Part shown: piece after piece, positions 60,401 through 64,000 of the stretch | Layout of the letters: every line of letters starts with the position of its first letter | How positions within the stretch are numbered: position 1 is the stretch's first letter | NCBI GenBank assembly: GCA_019752815.1 | Contig: JAIELQ010000007.1 | Span: forward strand, 40,922 to 104,921 | Length of the DNA stretch: 64,000 nucleotides | Origin: Patescibacteria group bacterium | GTDB lineage: Bacteria; Patescibacteriota; Minisyncoccia; Phycocordibacterales; UBA918 | Direction: 5' to 3' | Notes under the pieces: model-generated | Databases searched by the model: none | What the model was told of the DNA's origin: nothing | What the model saw: the letters and a program-made list of their open reading frames with translations, nothing else | Position numbers and translations under genes: made by a program

Positions 60401-63400
60401 TATTCGACTGCGAATGTCCCTTCAGTCTGCTAACGTGGCGTTACCAACATCAACTGCAGCCTTTAAATTACAGTATGCTGCTGGGTTGTCTTGTAATCTC
60501 CTGAGTGGGTGGCAGGATGTAGCGAGTACTAGTAGTAGTACAGCAGCATGGAGAGGGTTTGCTAACTCCATTGTTGGCAGTGATTGGCTATCAGCCTCGT
60601 GGGTCAGGCGAACTAAAATAACTGTCGATAGAACCTTGGTCAGTGCGCCCGTGACTGATTTCCCAGTGTACGTGAACTTAGCGAATCTTCCGACCAGCTT
60701 TTTCAATAACGTAAAGGCGGATGGAGGTGATATACGAATCACGGGAAGCGATGGTTTGACTGAACTACCATTTGAACTCGTATCAATTAACACTACTACC
60801 CGGGTGGGCGAGCTTCACTTTAAGGCCAACCTGGCTACGACAACCAACAGTGAGTTCTATATTTATTATGGCAATCCTAGTGCGAGCGGGTATGCGGTGA
60901 CCGCACCGTTTGGTCGCAATAACGTATGGACTAATGGGTATGAAGCGGTATATCACTTGGATTCAAATCCGGCGAGCAACATGATTGACAGTACCGCTAA
61001 TGGTCGAACGTTAACAACTAACGGTGGTATGACAGCTACCAATAGTACCAGTAGTGTCATGGGTAACGGTGTGAACTTTGATGGTGTAAATGACCGTCTT
61101 ACGAATGCCGGTTGGTCTTGGACAGCTACACCGGTTACCGTCACAGCTTGGAATAATGTTGCTACAGCCGAAGTGCAAAGCTCAAACCTGTTTGGGTTTA
61201 CGGCTGTTGGTAATGAACGGTTAGCGACCCATGCGCCATGGAGCGATAACACTATCTATTGGGATTATGGTACCTGTTGTGCCGCACCAGGTCGGTTACT
61301 CACCAACTACACTGCCTACCGCAATAAATGGACACACATCGGTTTAGTGTCACAAGGTACACCGGGATCCTTCATGGGTATCTACCTTGATGGTACAGCG
61401 ATTGCAACCAGTAGTACTTCGGACGATCCAAATGTTACTTTGACTGGCTTCTCGCTCGGTAGTGATAATCCAAGTGGTGGTAATCATCACCGAGGTCGAA
61501 TTGACGAGTATCGAATTGCGTCTGTTGCCCGTACCGGAGGTTGGATTGCAACTGAACGAAATAATCAATCTAATCCGACAGGATTTTATGCTCTCTCCGC
61601 TGAAGAGCTCATTGGAGATGGTCGGACTATACCAAGTACGGTACTTGCTAGTTCAACGTTCCCAGAAACATATGAGGAACAAAATCCAACCCAAAATAAT
61701 CGTTTCGGATTACAAGTCGGACAAAATGCCGAATGGGATTTTGTATTACAAAATAACGCAGCTACAGCTGACACCAACTACTGTTTCCGAATGGTAAATG
61801 CTGATGGCTCGGTCCTCAATAGTTACGCAAATTATCCGAGGTTAATTACCAATGCGCCCCCGCTTGCTCCGGTGTTGACTGCGCCATTTGATAATCGCAT
61901 GTTGGCTTCCACCTCTCCTTCATTTGAATTTGCAGCTGTCGATCAAGCTGACGACGTGGTGTCATATGAAATCATGGTTGATAACGACGTAGATTTTACA
62001 TCGCCTACTTTTACACGAGAATCAAACGCCAACTTCTCGTTGTTCACTAACCTCGCTGCGCCATCGGAACGTGGTCAATATACATCAGGGCAAACGATTC
62101 AGTTCATTCCAAACGTAGCTCTTTCAAACGGAGTGACGTATTGGTGGCGAGTACGGGCAAAAGATGATACTGGCTCAGGTGCATTTGGTAATTGGTCTGA
62201 ACCAAAAAGCTTTACTATAAATACGGCTACCGTACTCACTACGTGGCATCAAACAACGGGAGATCAGTTTAGTACTAACAGTCTAACTGATGCGATTACC
62301 AGTACGTCTACCAATGATGTAGGAATAAACATCGGATTTACCGTGGCTACCACCACCTCGACAGCGGTTGATTATGATGAGCGTGAAATTGGTAATGCCT
62401 GGGGAAGTGTTACCTTTACCCAAAATGTTACTTCAGGTTCAATTCGACACTTCGTTGAGTACGAGGTTACTACTAATGCCTTTGAACTTGTACCGGACTC
62501 AGTGTTACCTGGTAACAGTGCTGGTTTTACGACGTCACCAATTAACTTAGCGTCGCTTGATACTACCGTGTATAACGTCTTGCGTGTTACTTCGGTTTTG
62601 TCTGGTTCGCCGACGTTACCTCGACTCCAGGATATGACAATTGTGTGGAGTCAAAAAATTGAACCGCCAACACTTGTGTCCTTGTTTGATAATGCTAAAT
62701 CGAACTCGACTCTCCCGGCCTTAACCTTTACGACAGCTGACCCGCAGCTTGATGATTTGCAATACGAAGTACAGCTCTCGACTGCGTACAATTTTGCAGC
62801 CTCCTCTACCTTTTTGTCTGGTGTTGATGCTGGATTTTCTAATGTCACTACTCCGGCCGATACGTCTCCGTACAATTCAGGTAATACAATTCGTTACCAG
62901 ACACAAACGGCGCTCACTAATAATCTCACCTACTGGTGGCGTGCTCGTGCTCGTGACCCTGGCGGTAGTAATAGTTGGTCAAATTATTCAGAACCCAAAA
63001 GCTTTACTATCGATACGGGGGTAAATACTTCAGTTTGGTTCCAAACAATTGGTGAGCAGTTTGCAACTAACGAGAACGTTAACATAGAAACAAATGCTGG
63101 CGGTGCTCAGGTGGCCACGGTGGTAAATGGGGTAATGGCAGCGTATGGTGAGGGAACAGGGCAGGCGCCACAGTACAGATTGTGGAATGGAACAGCCTGG
63201 AGTACCCCGGCGTCAGCCGATACGGTGGGAGCACAGATTAGATGGACCAGATTAAAGGCTGCTCCAACACGACCAGAGTACGCACTTGCTACGCAAGGTA
63301 CTGATCTTGATGTAAATATCCAAATTTACGATTCGGTGACTGAGTCATGGAGTAACATGTTTAAAATTCATGATAACGCCACCAACGTAGTCTATCGAAC

Positions 63401-64000
63401 ATATGATATTGGATACGAAACCGTCTCTGGTAGATTGATGGCCATTGCCTGTGTCGGCAATAACGCTGTGTATAGTTTATGGGATGGTGGTAGTTGGTCT
63501 GCAACAACCAGTATTGCATTAGCTAACGGTAGTGCTTGCCAGTGGGTTACCATGGCTTCAGATCCGGTATCGAATGAAATTATTGCGGTATTTCGTCACA
63601 ATAACGGAACTACCCCTGATTATGAAGCTCTGGTATGGAACGGTAGTAGTTGGGGTAACTCCAATAGATTTGGTGACGTTAACACCGTAGGAAATGAAGC
63701 GATGGCGCTACAGTATGAAGAGTCTGGCAATCAGGCAGTATTAGTGGTGCCCAATGGAGGCGTAGCTAATCAGTTATGGAAGAGTTGGAACGGATCGACG
63801 TGGTCAGCTACAGGGACACTGGCACTGGGGATTAACATGACATGGGGTTCAATCAAGCGTGATGTGGGTAGCGATCGAATGATGCTCTGTTATACAGATG
63901 CTGAGGGTACGCTTGGTGACTTGGGGGTTGTGCCATGGACTGGTTCGGCCTGGGGAACATTTACAGAAATGACACAAAGTGGCGGTGCTAATAACGGTGG
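54483..64000 (+). CDS. Giant (>3170 aa) multidomain surface protein, 3' truncated
   Basis: GTG start after an in-frame TAA. The frame runs off the window, so the ORF track omits it. It has an N-terminal TM, acidic linker, MG2-like domain, C1q-like repeats, three YxWRVRAxD FN3-like repeats, W(D/N)GxxW propeller repeats, and DUF2341 plus LamG-like domains. Confidence 0.88.
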   Translation, partial: MIRPFKLLKKSTFGALLTITVISGFVVYGAYIDRTVYTTEQLVIIPGKVTSDSWLGLESVLVQDISEYSLYQDFTQKNSAYISELGLFSAQESEDAPTPDEPNEVSIDGDSASSSDEVPSTDSESGGSENGDNESSETDAPTAETSQPEPESEPEPQPEPSSESESVSSITNPGDPVWGVFTKTNNRFLLAQAIVTEEASEPEPASSPEPEPAVVTTEESGTEETAVVDNVPVAEETLETAVTEESVETTPEGSGATNEGEEAEIPVSESIEGQSEAEPATEEDTSNDYVMAPCDPASGCATHSMLFSDFLMPDFDGGTVLDSIQLRLSLAAQTKQNRGEGPQRFLVEYTYDTSTTSTDWITASVLDIDDEISNSINGGYYLLSLQPPKTAGEIANLQIKVSYQGNVSDLETAYVEGMWLEVTSGKFFEEGAGEAYSDEVTYGRDLLAPELNTLNNADLDPTLGTLPQFTLSYDPQQGFFNRIFRTLFSENTFVVERINLTDSNGDAIEVPFGIEYHDNETWTMKAQQMPHKLRPGKYLVTVDILENEERYTDTFEFYWGVLAVNTKKSMYFPNEEVQLNLAALTDKGDTICNANLELKIIDPKGTITEVPVNQSGACGPNNVTDIPDYIAEFSNTGEWGAYTIQLQHKNASGEVVHKISDSFEVRDYIPYDIERTAPTRIYPPAPYDVTLKVKAYRDFTGDVTERVPRGFVIEGLEGALVSTLPEYTLITWPDVTMMEGDERTFSYNFDAPDISPYMYLLGPLDMDGFSELRQWQVASDALNNIGWFTGTRTVASSSLNTAPSPMQWSTSSIDNYYYTHSTSSDSQRVTLRQSGDYLVSVNLPQQRADINVSRTRAAIEVRKNGVAVPEGLGRSGYITGGNGAVHSESSSNVSFLMTGVTANDYIEIFVENLTTIDAGDVINVSGLASMYIEYLRPTETVFAATTTRTTNSTNFNQVTAFPLEWIETRQDAGFSHSNTITPQNITLTATGTYMVHVNLPLQHTNAQQNIAGRILLDGAVVSGGHFGQGFSDGNANESDGDSSIHFSGVIIATSTNQVLTVTAAREGNTGTTTVPAGFTGSIVIQKLPTSGVIALRGRDLVGGTNWNSAVASSTRFNTQLAYDNSVFTHSTTTNNHQITVNQSGDYILNFTDAVTSATQFVNNRITVSVGSTTVTGAQSKSNFLRNLNAANEASTNLVFLLENVTAGQIITVNSQQEGAAGTISTTTDATLLLWKKADLNFRAIAPTMFATPFDNARFASTTPWFDFQSNDPDGSSDIEYEFSISTSSDFATATIRVSGTDAGFSNTASTSDTSPFVEANRVRFQLQPADTLTDLTTYYWRVRARDVSGSGEFGDYSTTQSFSINTGDTVPNWYQTLSGQFQTNSLFGAISNDLENNVRVNSTVSSEIMVAYGDSTSATPKYRLWGGTSWGIEQSAISVSGTINWVRLASGVKRDEYMLVTLDQSNDTFAQVYNATSSTWGSRTLLADNVADVTRRGIAVGYESVSGDAMVVSCDNTKNPVYRIWNGSTWSATTSITTVVTGVCNFLELASDPASDEMILVVRDSGAAIGNNYEALVWDGNAWGNSRVFGSVQAGQLLRAGIGLKYESSGDQAMVAVTNGGNNNFIYTTWTGTGWTSNATQPLFNDFEFGTLVSDPNSDKLTLCYINDSARVGAVRWDGGVWSTFVDLSNTGNSQAGRPIDCEFETTAGRSGNILATYSDTTNLRYQVYATSSWGGQQTVTGVGSGAGLFWVQTERAGDGTIVALSHDDAVAGDELESSYWNGTSWSTKQVIAPNPSSIIGAPYETFEMAAKRYQFTQGIVTTQPITFTSVSGQPTWGDLTFSSTEPFGTDVTVRLKYTSTTTCDTYIPNGVLAGNGTGFDTASLPVNLTALSTTTYSQICLEATLTTFGSASASLDDWSLSWVRKPKLTQNAFRWYGNGSFLTPTDPWPLGVLDVLENTALTANESVNLNDVIRLRMSLQSANVALPTSTAAFKLQYAAGLSCNLLSGWQDVASTSSSTAAWRGFANSIVGSDWLSASWVRRTKITVDRTLVSAPVTDFPVYVNLANLPTSFFNNVKADGGDIRITGSDGLTELPFELVSINTTTRVGELHFKANLATTTNSEFYIYYGNPSASGYAVTAPFGRNNVWTNGYEAVYHLDSNPASNMIDSTANGRTLTTNGGMTATNSTSSVMGNGVNFDGVNDRLTNAGWSWTATPVTVTAWNNVATAEVQSSNLFGFTAVGNERLATHAPWSDNTIYWDYGTCCAAPGRLLTNYTAYRNKWTHIGLVSQGTPGSFMGIYLDGTAIATSSTSDDPNVTLTGFSLGSDNPSGGNHHRGRIDEYRIASVARTGGWIATERNNQSNPTGFYALSAEELIGDGRTIPSTVLASSTFPETYEEQNPTQNNRFGLQVGQNAEWDFVLQNNAATADTNYCFRMVNADGSVLNSYANYPRLITNAPPLAPVLTAPFDNRMLASTSPSFEFAAVDQADDVVSYEIMVDNDVDFTSPTFTRESNANFSLFTNLAAPSERGQYTSGQTIQFIPNVALSNGVTYWWRVRAKDDTGSGAFGNWSEPKSFTINTATVLTTWHQTTGDQFSTNSLTDAITSTSTNDVGINIGFTVATTTSTAVDYDEREIGNAWGSVTFTQNVTSGSIRHFVEYEVTTNAFELVPDSVLPGNSAGFTTSPINLASLDTTVYNVLRVTSVLSGSPTLPRLQDMTIVWSQKIEPPTLVSLFDNAKSNSTLPALTFTTADPQLDDLQYEVQLSTAYNFAASSTFLSGVDAGFSNVTTPADTSPYNSGNTIRYQTQTALTNNLTYWWRARARDPGGSNSWSNYSEPKSFTIDTGVNTSVWFQTIGEQFATNENVNIETNAGGAQVATVVNGVMAAYGEGTGQAPQYRLWNGTAWSTPASADTVGAQIRWTRLKAAPTRPEYALATQGTDLDVNIQIYDSVTESWSNMFKIHDNATNVVYRTYDIGYETVSGRLMAIACVGNNAVYSLWDGGSWSATTSIALANGSACQWVTMASDPVSNEIIAVFRHNNGTTPDYEALVWNGSSWGNSNRFGDVNTVGNEAMALQYEESGNQAVLVVPNGGVANQLWKSWNGSTWSATGTLALGINMTWGSIKRDVGSDRMMLCYTDAEGTLGDLGVVPWTGSAWGTFTEMTQSGGANNG

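Noticed and set aside
409-63024. Many antisense or alternate-frame ORFs in the track (e.g. 925-1635, 15838-16428, 26203-26739, 54722-55210)
   Set aside because: They are shadow ORFs overlapping well-supported genes, with no motifs or promoters.
1-64000. tRNA, rRNA, prophage, transposase or reverse transcriptase genes
   Set aside because: None was recognised, so any mobilising enzyme for families D, E or F must lie outside this window.

Overview
This 64 kb bacterial window most likely comes from a Patescibacteria/CPR (Parcubacteria-like) genome. That is an inference from gene content, the near-absence of Shine-Dalgarno sites, extended -10 boxes just before many ATGs, and many secreted or surface proteins. 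It holds about 55 CDS: housekeeping genes (rnj, secG, mutY, umuD/umuC, DsbA, Hsp20), five glycoside hydrolases, two GT2s, a class F sortase beside its probable substrate, two ATP-grasp ligases beside a DUF1704 peptidase, and accessory toxin-like genes. A roughly 19 kb surface locus (WxL-like, DUF916-like, dockerin, cohesin) ends in a >3170-aa giant protein that runs off the window and is missing from the ORF track. The most striking non-coding signal is three families of small structured repeats. (E) Seven ~100-125 nt palindromes start at or just after stop codons, are co-oriented with the gene, and fold better on the antisense strand. (F) Three ~85 nt three-hairpin elements have covarying stems; one is nested in another repeat and one sits between duplicated copies of a gene start. 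(D) Direct repeats flank the dockerin gene. A candidate nuclease-toxin gene also has a convergent small RNA. Three frameshifts and one in-frame stop may be sequencing errors. No tRNA, rRNA, CRISPR array, integrase or transposase was seen. All family assignments come from motif recognition by eye, not database searches.
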